Source: a virus (lineage: Duplodnaviria; Caudoviricetes). From it: a DNA stretch of 63,143 bases. The position numbers and the translations under genes are program-made. The stretch is taken from positions 1 to 63,143 of IMG/VR virus record IMGVR_UViG_3300009149_000033; one strand, written 5' to 3'. Positions 26,401-35,034 of this stretch are shown piece by piece; the stretch's first letter is position 1; each line of letters opens with the position of its first letter. The notes beneath the pieces were generated by a model, which saw only the letters and a program-made list of their open reading frames with translations, had not been told where the DNA came from and ran no database searches.

Positions 26401-28407
26401 GTTCCACCAACTATCAAATTCTCCAGCAAAAGGATCTTCTATATATGCCCACCCATCTTCTACCCAAGAAGGGATTTCTTCGAAAAATGCTATAGGAGAC
26501 CCAGAGGAAATTAGGTTACAACCCATTATATCTTTACTACCTGAACCTACCTTAACTTGCCCAGAAGCATTAAAGAACATATCTTTAATTTCTGTATTAC
26601 CTACATAAGGATAAACCACATAACCAGACAGGCTTATATCAGTGTCCGTATATACTACTCCATTGTATAAACTAATACCTGAAAAAGTTGCGCTATTTGC
26701 TTTAATACCCCAAGGCCCGTTTGTACCGTTATCCCAATCAATTACTTTATTATTTGAAAAAGGATTTAATTCGTTACGCCACACTAAATCGTCAGTTGAT
26801 TCTAAAGTTATATCCCTATACCCTTTAGCACAAAAAATAGATCTATTTTTAAGAGATACTACATCTGATAGATAAGCGTAAGTTGCCGGATAAGAAGAGT
26901 CAGACCCGTCTGTTACCGAAGTATCATTACTTGTGCTTATATCCACATAATAGTAAGACGGAAAATTAATAACACCGTATATAGACTCTCCTATAGCGAA
27001 CTCCTCTAAATCTATTTCAGAAAAAGACGGAAGCGAAGGAGTAGACCAGCTATACTCATTCCCTCCTCCATCAACATACGTTCCTGAAGGATCCCCTTGT
27101 ATATCTGAAAAGTCTGATCCTCCAAATTTAGTATTAGAAATAGTAACGGTAGTATTATTTTGAGCGCTTACAGAAGTACTACCAGAAGAAGCCCCCTCTA
27201 TTAAGCACCCATCTACGTTTAAGTCACTTGCTATGTTTGAGATATAGGCGTCACCCACCAAAGTAGAATTTACCATGTCCCCGAAATACATATACAATAT
27301 GACAGGACCAGAACCTACGTATACATACATATTTTCTATTTCTGCCAAATTTAGCGACGAAACTAAATTATAGAGTATTCCGTTTTTTGTAGTAGCGTAC
27401 AGGCTTGAGGAGCTATCAAAAGAATAAGATCCTCCAAAATCTATCCTCCAAGGACCATATTTGCCGAGATTCCAAGCTTCTATAGTATATCTACTACTAG
27501 CGAGAGGAGTATAATCAGAAGATAAAGTTTTTGATCCTCTACATTTAAAAGTAAGACCGTCTGTGGTTATAGCTATAAACTCATCCCAACCTATACAATC
27601 TTCCCCATAATAACCGTTATTCCCTGTTGAAGATTCATTAAAATTTACATAATATGTTTTACCGTTAGCCCAACTATCCCCATAACCAACCCCTCCTATA
27701 GATGTTATGTCAGAAGGAGTTCCTCCTCCTAAAGAAAAATCTGTGAGGTTTTTAGAAGTTATAGTAGGCTTAACAGGAGGAGTCCAACCATAAGTAATAT
27801 TAGACTCGTTTATTGTCCCAGTGCCCGGGAACAAAAAAGCTGCAGAATCCGCTAGGTCAGTTATACAATTACTTATATTTAGAGTAGCAGATCCCTCTAT
27901 ACCTATAGGTTTTCCAATAAAAGCGCATCTAGATATATTATTCACACTACTATAAAAACCTACCTTAGTGGATATAGATGGAGACACAGAATAAAAAGTG
28001 CAGTCTTCAACATCTCCATTAATGCGGGAACTGCCTCCTACCAAAATATCAAAATACATCCTTTTAGCGCCGACAGGTCCATTTAAATATATAGAACCAG
28101 CCTGAATTATCCCGTCCTCTAAATAAGTTGAGGTAGAGAAAGCATTAACACTTGGAATATTTATACGCCAAGGACCATATTCGTCTAAATCCCAAGCAAT
28201 AAGAGATACATTGGTAAAAAAGGTATAAGTAAGAACATAAGTACTATAATTCTTAGTGCCTCTTAATAAAAACACAGTATTATTTGTTGAAGAATTCGAT
28301 AAAGAAGTTATCATCTGTTCCGCAGAATAAGGGTCAGTACTAGTACCTACGTGACCTACACTTGTATAACTGTCGTCTAAAAAAACATATATTCTTCTTT
28401 GCGCCAT
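23434..28407 (-). CDS. Multidomain adhesin-like virion protein: three beta-helix-like modules and about seven PKD-like domains
   Basis: Three Y[VF].....W-x5-GPW modules; PKD-like signatures WDFGDG, WDLGNG, WDFGDS, WDFGDG, WDWEI, WDFTNDG and WAWEISG, most followed by GxYTV. Confidence 0.8.
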   Translation of the reverse strand: MAQRRIYVFLDDSYTSVGHVGTSTDPYSAEQMITSLSNSSTNNTVFLLRGTKNYSTYVLTYTFFTNVSLIAWDLDEYGPWRINIPSVNAFSTSTYLEDGIIQAGSIYLNGPVGAKRMYFDILVGGSSRINGDVEDCTFYSVSPSISTKVGFYSSVNNISRCAFIGKPIGIEGSATLNISNCITDLADSAAFLFPGTGTINESNITYGWTPPVKPTITSKNLTDFSLGGGTPSDITSIGGVGYGDSWANGKTYYVNFNESSTGNNGYYGEDCIGWDEFIAITTDGLTFKCRGSKTLSSDYTPLASSRYTIEAWNLGKYGPWRIDFGGSYSFDSSSSLYATTKNGILYNLVSSLNLAEIENMYVYVGSGPVILYMYFGDMVNSTLVGDAYISNIASDLNVDGCLIEGASSGSTSVSAQNNTTVTISNTKFGGSDFSDIQGDPSGTYVDGGGNEYSWSTPSLPSFSEIDLEEFAIGESIYGVINFPSYYYVDISTSNDTSVTDGSDSSYPATYAYLSDVVSLKNRSIFCAKGYRDITLESTDDLVWRNELNPFSNNKVIDWDNGTNGPWGIKANSATFSGISLYNGVVYTDTDISLSGYVVYPYVGNTEIKDMFFNASGQVKVGSGSKDIMGCNLISSGSPIAFFEEIPSWVEDGWAYIEDPFAGEFDSWWNSEFTTDANKFELEERPVGSGSYVAVQNGNTSVQLTPAGISLTGDFILEMCFALADVNTGNISQKILVINSSTDAVETGFTYDPGTLTFDNIGSATVSYSPFRKVYCRLTRTSGVITAEYSVDNPYDWIAVTGSHSYSDAFYLNAEGADNHGMGCFKFQAEGVTPGDSSSFPYGSKDSDTDILDSVIDTPAVTPGSWTYNSIDLQDVAQTDTTWSGTGITYTGTNQQNLGISWPSFTSIISDTKEGFSYIRIGSSISIPGSGSYTNYPVGLWGESRTGVGAFYFGLVLSLKGDATNFIYKDVDNEIVAKATFGGANYAVNVSFEPLYDTGATSWNWDFGDGGTSTTRSPTHEYVGEGVYTVSLYINGDTGTTETKVGYIVVVKELSYSVIAYPDAWYGGVPKTFDIGVTGATRPLDPIPDPPYEAFSWDLGNGDTDSNVTGLQYSGYLTEGTYTVEAIARDIGVSGLDYTKQTVSSSTELVVIGLTITVNPNALYINNPVSYTTTILGGPPNTLKWDFGDSSPVHFKANPGATYSVSHTFTTAGIFDAVLTLDEGLPTEAVFNYNAGDSNLSELRVFVSDLSLDFTVTPDSGKTPFTGLFTDASIGSPTGWEWDFGDGFTGATISSTILHTYTGVGVFNPLMTVYNIYGFNASVSKTVTVTDALEISIAPTPGNVPQTFIITPVNDSGIVQWDWEIIYDDPSLGEIVVFSKSTTDPLDKVFTQQILAPATYSIKLEATDTESTVYTVVEPFTVVEDIYIFASTSSGEAPLTVNFSLLNGQPSTISEVQWDFTNDGVVDSEEFTPSYVYSNIGTYTVSVDIIWYLNVEETSLITVNKTAQITVGSSDLKIGFLATPSTGKVPLTVLFNGISNNSVATWAWEISGIGTVSSAQTFSYVFNNTGTYNVTLTVVDSFSQTESVTRSIIVTDTTTTIDSSVDGTDIEASAAVFKGSGSLTECENGGVTVYIPLGSNEISPSGFVRKKGPSLIFD

Positions 28408-28408
28408 A

Positions 28409-29233
28409 CTATATACCTAATTCCTCTTTATCTATGTCCATCAAATCTTTAACCCAAGTATCTGTTAAAGTTACTCCTAAAGCAAATCTCCAATTATATA
28501 AAGTTATGCTCTGACCTGCTTCATACACATAAGGGCACCAAACGTCTCCTCCACCTATTCTTTCTGCTAGGTTATACGCTATTGAGTATTCTAACCCCTC
28601 ACTATCTATACCTTCTCTAGCAGGCACTATTTTATCATCTACAGAATATCTCATAGTACCGATATTATCAACACATACCCACCTTAAAAAATGCCATTGA
28701 TTATCCTCTAAATCTACGCCTACAGATTTATTTATCAGCTGACTCTCAGAATTATTAAAAACAAACTTATAATCCCCATCCTCTCTTAACAACATAAACT
28801 TAAGCGAACTCTCAGACTCCAAAACATCTCCTGCATTATCTTCTACTGCCAGAGGGACCACATAGTCACCGTTTTGGTAGGAAGGAGATTTTATCCACCC
28901 TATAGTAATAAATTCAGTACATGCTTTATATGGGACTGTCTCAGCGCTTGTTCCAGCATAATGCTCGTTGAGTGAAAACTTATTGTCGAAAGAATTAATA
29001 TAAGCTGTTTTTGTTGCTACAGAGGACTCTAAAGTAGAGGTGTTTGTCGCAGTTAGAACAACAGAGTACTGCCCCTCATCCGCATAATAATGGGAAGGGT
29101 TCTCTTCTGTAGAAGTGCTACCATCGCCAAAATCCCAAACGTATGAATCTGCGTTAACAGAATAATTATAAAAAGTTACTTTAAAAGGGTAAACACCCGC
29201 TAAAGGGGAACCACTAAACTTGGAGAGGACCAT
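28409..29233 (-). CDS. PKD + LamG/ConA-like domain protein
   Basis: WDFGDG...NPSHYY...GQYSVVL; then FITIGWIK...QWHFL...YSVD...YNWRF, a LamG-like pattern. Confidence 0.75.
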   Translation of the reverse strand: MVLSKFSGSPLAGVYPFKVTFYNYSVNADSYVWDFGDGSTSTEENPSHYYADEGQYSVVLTATNTSTLESSVATKTAYINSFDNKFSLNEHYAGTSAETVPYKACTEFITIGWIKSPSYQNGDYVVPLAVEDNAGDVLESESSLKFMLLREDGDYKFVFNNSESQLINKSVGVDLEDNQWHFLRWVCVDNIGTMRYSVDDKIVPAREGIDSEGLEYSIAYNLAERIGGGDVWCPYVYEAGQSITLYNWRFALGVTLTDTWVKDLMDIDKEELGI

Positions 29234-29282
29234 CTAAATCTCCCACAAATAAATAAAATATAAGTATCAATTAGAACTGAGA

Positions 29283-29292
29283 TATTAATAGA
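29283..29292 (-). promoter_or_regulatory. Candidate late-promoter motif TCTATTAATA (copy 2)
   Basis: Exact 10-mer in a 67-nt intergenic gap. Confidence 0.5.
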
Positions 29293-29300
29293 TCATAATA

Positions 29301-31805
29301 TTAGTCGCTTAAACCATCAGCTTTGCCCCATAAACTAGCAAAATAACTGGTAAGGTCCTGTTCCCCGTACCAAATTTTTAACTCATCTATCACAAATGAG
29401 CTATTTAGGGCGGAATAAAGCCTCTTTTTTGTGGGACTCTCTGGTGAGCATGTAGATGTAGTTATCATATTAATCTCTCTAATAAAATTATTTGGATCCC
29501 CTACGTACATTTTATTAGACCCTGGATTAAATTGAACAAACGTCCAATTATTTATATTTATGATCTTATCTACCGACCTATAAGTCACCCTCTCATTCTC
29601 AAAAACAAGATGTCCCTCTTGGTCTAAATAAAAATTCCAGTATCTTCCTTCGCCCTTACTATCTGATTTAGCCATAATTAAATTAGGCTCGGCTATGTCT
29701 GGATTAACCGCTATATAGTTTACCTTAGATTCTATATCAGATGTTACACCGTCAGTAACCGTTAACTGAACGGTATAAATACCGGCACTTTCATAAGTAT
29801 AGATTACGCTCGTGTCATTGCCTGTCAGAGTTGTCCCATCCCCGAATACCCAAGTTCTAGCTGTAATAATACCGCCTGTAGAAGAATCTGTAAAAACTAC
29901 CTGATGAGGAGTTGTTCCTACTCTAGGAGTACCGGAAAAAGCGGCTAAAAGACTTACAGAACCAACAGTAATATAGTCCGTTAAAATTAAGGTGTCAGAA
30001 GTTCCATCCGGACCAGTTATAGTAAGTGTTACGGTATAGGTACCACTAGAAGAGTACACATTAACAGGATTCTGTGCAGTATCTGTGTTAGTGTCCCCAA
30101 AATCCCAAGCATAGCTTAGTATGATACCTGTAGAAGCCTCCGTGAAGCTTACAGACAAAGGAGCGCTACCAGAAGTAGGAGCCCCTGTAAAAGAAGCTGA
30201 AATAGGAGGAAAATAATAAGCGCCCATTCCGTACCTAGAATTACCCGACAAACCAGAACTGTATCCTGTTTTATTTGCGTATAGAGAAGAGGTGTCGTTC
30301 AGTACTGTATATATTTCTGAAGGGTATAGATAGTCATTTTCTGTATAGGTAGTGCTAAATGTAACATCTGAAACATTTACATTAAAAGCAGAGTCATACA
30401 CATTTAGCTCGTTGGCCCCAGGACTCCCAGTAATATCAAAAAAACCCGCGATACTATTAGAGACATAACTAAACACAGAATTTATAGCGTTGTAATAGAG
30501 ATAAACAACAGTACCAATATCTGACGGTCCTACGTCCTTTACGTATGAGTCAACGATATTAATCACTTCAAAAGTAGAGCAGGAACCTATCCTAGAAGGA
30601 ACCCCAGAACTTATAATTGTGCTTCCTTTTACTATATAATAAAAAAAGGTATCTGAATAATTACGTGGGTAAGACGAGGAAAAAACTATTCTGTTTGCAT
30701 TTATGTAGCAGTCATTAATACCGTAAGTAGATAAAATAAAATCATCCTCGGTACGTATAATAGCCCCACTTATTTTTGTACTCTGAAAACTAATACTACC
30801 GTCTCTTTTTACGCCCCAAGGGAGAGACCCCCATTTTTCTAAAGATACAGACTCGTTAGCGACTAAAGCTATGCTTCCTGAAGAGTCATCGAACCCTCTT
30901 ATTTTAACTTTAGTCCCAACACTAAATGATGTAAAACTAGCATAGAATTGAGTTGAGTTGTATGGAGAGAGCTCCGTTCCTGTGCCTGTAGAAGTCCCTG
31001 AATCTAAATCCACATAGACCTCAGTATTAGCCCCACTTCTACTATAAAAGGCTCCTACTGATATTGGTTTTAATTCTCCATCGAAATGAAACTTTGTCTT
31101 AAAAGTGCTACTAGAAACAGTAATGCCTGTAGGTAATTCCGGGTTATCGTCTATGTCCGAAAGTAGCGTAAAGGAAAAAAAGTCTTGATTATTAAATAAA
31201 TTAAACCAGCCAGAAAATCCTGGGTCCGGCGTGATAGCTGTAGTATCATAATTATATGTACAACGACTTATAGCCGCAGAAGACGCAGAAGAAGGTATGG
31301 TTATACCGTTCTCTACGTAAACACAGGTTTCATTTAAACTACCCCTAATTATTTCAAGTATACCATCTACTTGAAAAGTACTACTAAAAAAATTACACCT
31401 TCCAGAAGCTGATCCTAGCGTAAGTTTATCAGAAGCACTTGTTGTCTGTCTATAAAAATTAACATTATAATAATCTTGATAACTAGAGCCACCAAGCGCT
31501 ATATCTCCTGTTTGATTTAGTATAATAATGCCGTCATAGATCTCACCTGAGGAAATAAACTTAGAGATATCTGTTATCTCTAAACGCCACGGCCCAAACT
31601 CTTCAAGATCCCAGGCACATATAGGGGAGCTTCCTGTTAAGGCTGTAGAGGATGAAGATACAGTGGCTTTGCCTTTTATAAAATAATAATAGCTTGATCC
31701 TACAGAATTATAAGAAGAAACAAAATCTTCGTACGAGAAAGGATCTTCTATAGTACCCGAGTAACCGGTACCTGATTTACTAAAATCTGAAAAATAGGAT
31801 GACAT
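29301..31805 (-). CDS. Adhesin-like protein: two beta-helix-like modules, two PKD domains and a C-terminal partial LamG-like domain
   Basis: GTIEDPF...AWDLEEFGPWR; YVDL...GTGTELSPY...KWGSLPWG; PKD signatures WDFGDT and WVFGDG; C-terminal WTFV...IDELKIW. Confidence 0.8.
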   Translation of the reverse strand: MSSYFSDFSKSGTGYSGTIEDPFSYEDFVSSYNSVGSSYYYFIKGKATVSSSSTALTGSSPICAWDLEEFGPWRLEITDISKFISSGEIYDGIIILNQTGDIALGGSSYQDYYNVNFYRQTTSASDKLTLGSASGRCNFFSSTFQVDGILEIIRGSLNETCVYVENGITIPSSASSAAISRCTYNYDTTAITPDPGFSGWFNLFNNQDFFSFTLLSDIDDNPELPTGITVSSSTFKTKFHFDGELKPISVGAFYSRSGANTEVYVDLDSGTSTGTGTELSPYNSTQFYASFTSFSVGTKVKIRGFDDSSGSIALVANESVSLEKWGSLPWGVKRDGSISFQSTKISGAIIRTEDDFILSTYGINDCYINANRIVFSSSYPRNYSDTFFYYIVKGSTIISSGVPSRIGSCSTFEVINIVDSYVKDVGPSDIGTVVYLYYNAINSVFSYVSNSIAGFFDITGSPGANELNVYDSAFNVNVSDVTFSTTYTENDYLYPSEIYTVLNDTSSLYANKTGYSSGLSGNSRYGMGAYYFPPISASFTGAPTSGSAPLSVSFTEASTGIILSYAWDFGDTNTDTAQNPVNVYSSSGTYTVTLTITGPDGTSDTLILTDYITVGSVSLLAAFSGTPRVGTTPHQVVFTDSSTGGIITARTWVFGDGTTLTGNDTSVIYTYESAGIYTVQLTVTDGVTSDIESKVNYIAVNPDIAEPNLIMAKSDSKGEGRYWNFYLDQEGHLVFENERVTYRSVDKIININNWTFVQFNPGSNKMYVGDPNNFIREINMITTSTCSPESPTKKRLYSALNSSFVIDELKIWYGEQDLTSYFASLWGKADGLSD

Positions 31806-32330
31806 TTATATCTCCAAACACCTTCTATGATCTATGTACCCAACCTTCATACCTATATCTGTAATATACTCACAGACACACCGACAATTACAGCTAATTT
31901 CATTATTAAACTCTAAACCTATTAACACGTCTCTTCTTATCAGCATGCATGCAATATCCGTATGAAAATTATCAATCAATTTATAAATTTTTTTAGCCCT
32001 TGTGTTTATCGCGACAGCTGCAAATTCTTTGTTATCTTTTAAAAAATTAATTAAATCCTTTACATCATTCTCCCGCTCTAGGACGACATCTCTATTTAGC
32101 ATCAAAAAATATTCTGCTTCGTATTTTTTTAAAGCTTCATTTTTAATTATATTTCTACATTCCGACATAGACAAGTAACCTTCTTTAGCTCTACCATATC
32201 TGCTACTCATAGGCCTGGATACTGTCATTATATCTATGTCTACTGTTTGCTTGTACAATCCTTCGTATATTTCTTTCCTAATAGCATGCCCATCTTTAAG
32301 TGGTATCATGGCTACCAACCGTTCACTCAT
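31806..32330 (-). CDS. Minimal GT-A-fold (GT2-like) glycosyltransferase-like protein
   Basis: VAMIP...CRN...A.....EYFLMLNRDVVL (NxD at the DxD position)...ACMLIRRDVL...GMKV. Confidence 0.6.
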   Translation of the reverse strand: MSERLVAMIPLKDGHAIRKEIYEGLYKQTVDIDIMTVSRPMSSRYGRAKEGYLSMSECRNIIKNEALKKYEAEYFLMLNRDVVLERENDVKDLINFLKDNKEFAAVAINTRAKKIYKLIDNFHTDIACMLIRRDVLIGLEFNNEISCNCRCVCEYITDIGMKVGYIDHRRCLEI

Positions 32331-33871
32331 ACCGGCAACTCTCCTATTTCTAGATCATAGATAGAGTTTACTGTTTGAGCTGTTAAAACCTCTTGTGTAA
32401 TAGCAAACCTTGGTTTAGAAATTTCCACAACTTTACCTGCGGATTCTATCCTAGGCATATAAATCCTATAATTAGAACCTGTTGAACTAAGCTCAAACCT
32501 GAAATTAGAGGCAGATAGTAAAGTTTTATCTACATAAACTTTTACGTAATAGCTATTATTTTGGTCTACTGTCATTGTAATTAGATGCCATGTAGTATCT
32601 GTTATATCGTGCGTAAGAGTAACTGTATTTGAGTTAGATACTGTAAGCTGGCTAGAGCCTGTAATCTCTATTTTTGAGTAGGTAATTGTCCCTGTACTAT
32701 CTGTAAGCTCCCAAAGTTTAACACCTGTTACTCCTGTTCTTACCCACGTAGAAAAATTAGCCTTATTAAAGTATGGATCTCCTACCCCAGGTACCGTAAT
32801 GGCAGAGCTAAAACTAGGGAAGGTGCTTGTACCTTTGTAGAGGGAGCCAGACCTAAAAAAAGCAGAATTTTGGTCTGCTGACCTTTTGTAATAAGCTCCT
32901 CCGGAGAATGCTATAAAAACAGCATCTTCTGTAGATTTAATATCGTCTACTTCCATGTCTTCCTGGCTAAACCACCATGCACCTATACCGCTAGAAGCAT
33001 ATTTCCTATTTGTAACAGATCCACTATCAACTTCTCTTATTTCTCCGTGTAGTCCTTGCTCGTACCCTGTATGATCTCCGTCAGATAGCTCTACTGTAAC
33101 AGAACTTGTAGTATAGTTAGGGACTGACGAGGATACTCCCTGAGGAGTTATGAGAATTTGCTCTGATAGTAGGGTATTTATATCTCTTGTCGATGGTGTG
33201 TTACCTGTGTACGGTAACCTTGAATATAAGGGGGCGGTCCATCCGTATTGCGTATCGTCTGATGTACCCTTAGTAATGTTAGTGCCCCCGTAAAATTCTG
33301 ATGCTCCGGTACCGTCCACTAAATTAACTACACAGTTATTCACATTAACAGTAGTTGCTATTAAAGATTCTATAGGATTTTCACATATTACAGTACTATC
33401 TTTTAGCGTAAAAGTAGAAGAAGCAAAAATAGCCCCTACAGTACCTTTTGTTATAAGAGTACTTCCTTCGCAAAGACCGCCCGTAAAAGTAAACTTACTG
33501 TCCGTATCTTGAGCGATAAGCATAACATTTCTTAAAGCCTCTATGCTACACAAATCTGGGGTATTTAGATTTATGACCCCGCCCTCAAAATCCACTAATC
33601 CTAAATCGAGCTCTAATGGAGAATCAATTACCCAAGGACCAAACTCTAAAAGATTCCAGGCAAGTACTGATACATTAAGTAAAGAATCTCTTACTAAAGA
33701 AGGATTGTAGTAATACCCTTTTAAAAAGAATCTATCCGTATCAGCAGAAGAATAACCGTTAACAACGATACCCTGTAACAGATCAAAAAATTGATCTGCA
33801 CTATAGGGGTTATCAGTGCTATTAGCTCCCGTAGCATTTAAACCATTTAAATCTATATACCAACTAGACAT
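32327..33871 (-). CDS. Adhesin-like protein: one beta-helix-like module plus a LamG-like domain
   Basis: WYIDL...DNPY...FFLKG...AWNLLEFGPW; C-terminal FSTWVR...WHLITMTVD...VYVD...LTAQTVNSIY. Confidence 0.75.
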   Translation of the reverse strand: MSSWYIDLNGLNATGANSTDNPYSADQFFDLLQGIVVNGYSSADTDRFFLKGYYYNPSLVRDSLLNVSVLAWNLLEFGPWVIDSPLELDLGLVDFEGGVINLNTPDLCSIEALRNVMLIAQDTDSKFTFTGGLCEGSTLITKGTVGAIFASSTFTLKDSTVICENPIESLIATTVNVNNCVVNLVDGTGASEFYGGTNITKGTSDDTQYGWTAPLYSRLPYTGNTPSTRDINTLLSEQILITPQGVSSSVPNYTTSSVTVELSDGDHTGYEQGLHGEIREVDSGSVTNRKYASSGIGAWWFSQEDMEVDDIKSTEDAVFIAFSGGAYYKRSADQNSAFFRSGSLYKGTSTFPSFSSAITVPGVGDPYFNKANFSTWVRTGVTGVKLWELTDSTGTITYSKIEITGSSQLTVSNSNTVTLTHDITDTTWHLITMTVDQNNSYYVKVYVDKTLLSASNFRFELSSTGSNYRIYMPRIESAGKVVEISKPRFAITQEVLTAQTVNSIYDLEIGELPV

Positions 33872-33874
33872 TTA

Positions 33875-35026
33875 TTAAAACTCCAGTATTGTGTCCCAAA
33901 TATCAGCGCCTGTTATTGTTACTAGCTTATAAACATAGCTGGTACCGGCTAAGTTTGTTGCTGTTAATTTTACTATATAATCTCCAGTAGTTGCATAATT
34001 ATGCTGAGGATTTTGACTAGTAGAGCTCCCACCGTCCCCAAAATCCCAAACCCAAGAGGTTGGGAAAAATTTAGAGTTGTCCACAAATCTAAATATATAA
34101 TTTACTGCATCTATAGTCTCTACTGAAAAATCTGGTAAAGGAACTTGCTCTAGCTTAACCCAAGCAGATATAGTACCTCCTGTATACCCTTGGGCTCCTG
34201 TTATGCTACCTCCTATACCAAAAGGATAGTAAATAGCTCCAGACTCTCCAAAAGGTAAAAACATATTTCTTTTATAAGCAGAGTAACCGCCGTTATATAC
34301 TACCTTATGAGCATAATCTACTATACCTTCTTCACGTATAAAATAAGATTCTCCTCCAGACAGTCCCCACTGCACACTTCTTTCGTAGATAGAATAATCA
34401 GTTAAGTCAAAGTCATTAGCTTTAAACTTTAGATAAAGCTGTAGTCTTTCATCAGGGTAATATCCTGTCTCCCCTTTTGGACCCGTATCCCCAGAAATGC
34501 CAAAGCCTGTTATACCCTGTAAACCCGTTAATCCTTGTAACCCGTCTTGTCCGGTTTCCCCCTGAGCTCCTGTCTCTCCTTGAGCTCCTGTTTCTCCTAG
34601 TAAACCTTTTACTCCTGTTTCTCCTTGCACCAAGCTATTGCTTATAGAAAAAGTAGACATTTGTGAAAATTCATTCACATGGTCTACCACATAACTTTTA
34701 GACTCTTGCTTTAGAACAAATTGTGCTATAGGAATAGTATTTCTAAAAGCTTGGGCAGAAGCCCTAGAAACATAACGGGTGTAGAGTCCTACCTTTTGGT
34801 ATACGAACTGAACCGGCTTTAATTGATAGTATACATTTACAACAGCATACTTACCTTTATCCTCTGGGAGAGTAAAAAAGTCCCTATTTAAAATAGGTAT
34901 GACCAAGTTGTTAATTTTAATAAATCTATTATTATATACGATAGTGCCTATATTAGCAAGATACTGTACCCCTGTAGAGGTCTCTTTTTTAATAATAGAA
35001 TTGTTATTTGTTATTTTGAGCTCCAT
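33875..35026 (-). CDS. Collagen-like fibre protein C (N-domain, Gly-X-Y tract, N-terminal part of LamG, PKD)
   Basis: Gly-X-Y tract at 34457-34624; LQLYLKF...D.S...TISAWVK immediately followed by a PKD domain (WVWDFGDG). Confidence 0.85.
   Translation of the reverse strand: MELKITNNNSIIKKETSTGVQYLANIGTIVYNNRFIKINNLVIPILNRDFFTLPEDKGKYAVVNVYYQLKPVQFVYQKVGLYTRYVSRASAQAFRNTIPIAQFVLKQESKSYVVDHVNEFSQMSTFSISNSLVQGETGVKGLLGETGAQGETGAQGETGQDGLQGLTGLQGITGFGISGDTGPKGETGYYPDERLQLYLKFKANDFDLTDYSIYERSVQWGLSGGESYFIREEGIVDYAHKVVYNGGYSAYKRNMFLPFGESGAIYYPFGIGGSITGAQGYTGGTISAWVKLEQVPLPDFSVETIDAVNYIFRFVDNSKFFPTSWVWDFGDGGSSTSQNPQHNYATTGDYIVKLTATNLAGTSYVYKLVTITGADIWDTILEF
34563..34598. repeat. Tandem 18-nt duplication encoding GETGAQ twice
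   Basis: tgagctcctgtctctcct / tgagctcctgtttctcct (17/18 identical). Confidence 0.8.
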
Positions 35027-35034
35027 AGCAGCCT

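Noticed and set aside
21859-35026. Diversity-generating retroelement or invertible (shufflon) system acting on the fibre genes
   Set aside because: No reverse transcriptase or recombinase, no near-identical TR/VR pair and no inverted gene copies were seen; the repeats are diverged at DNA level.
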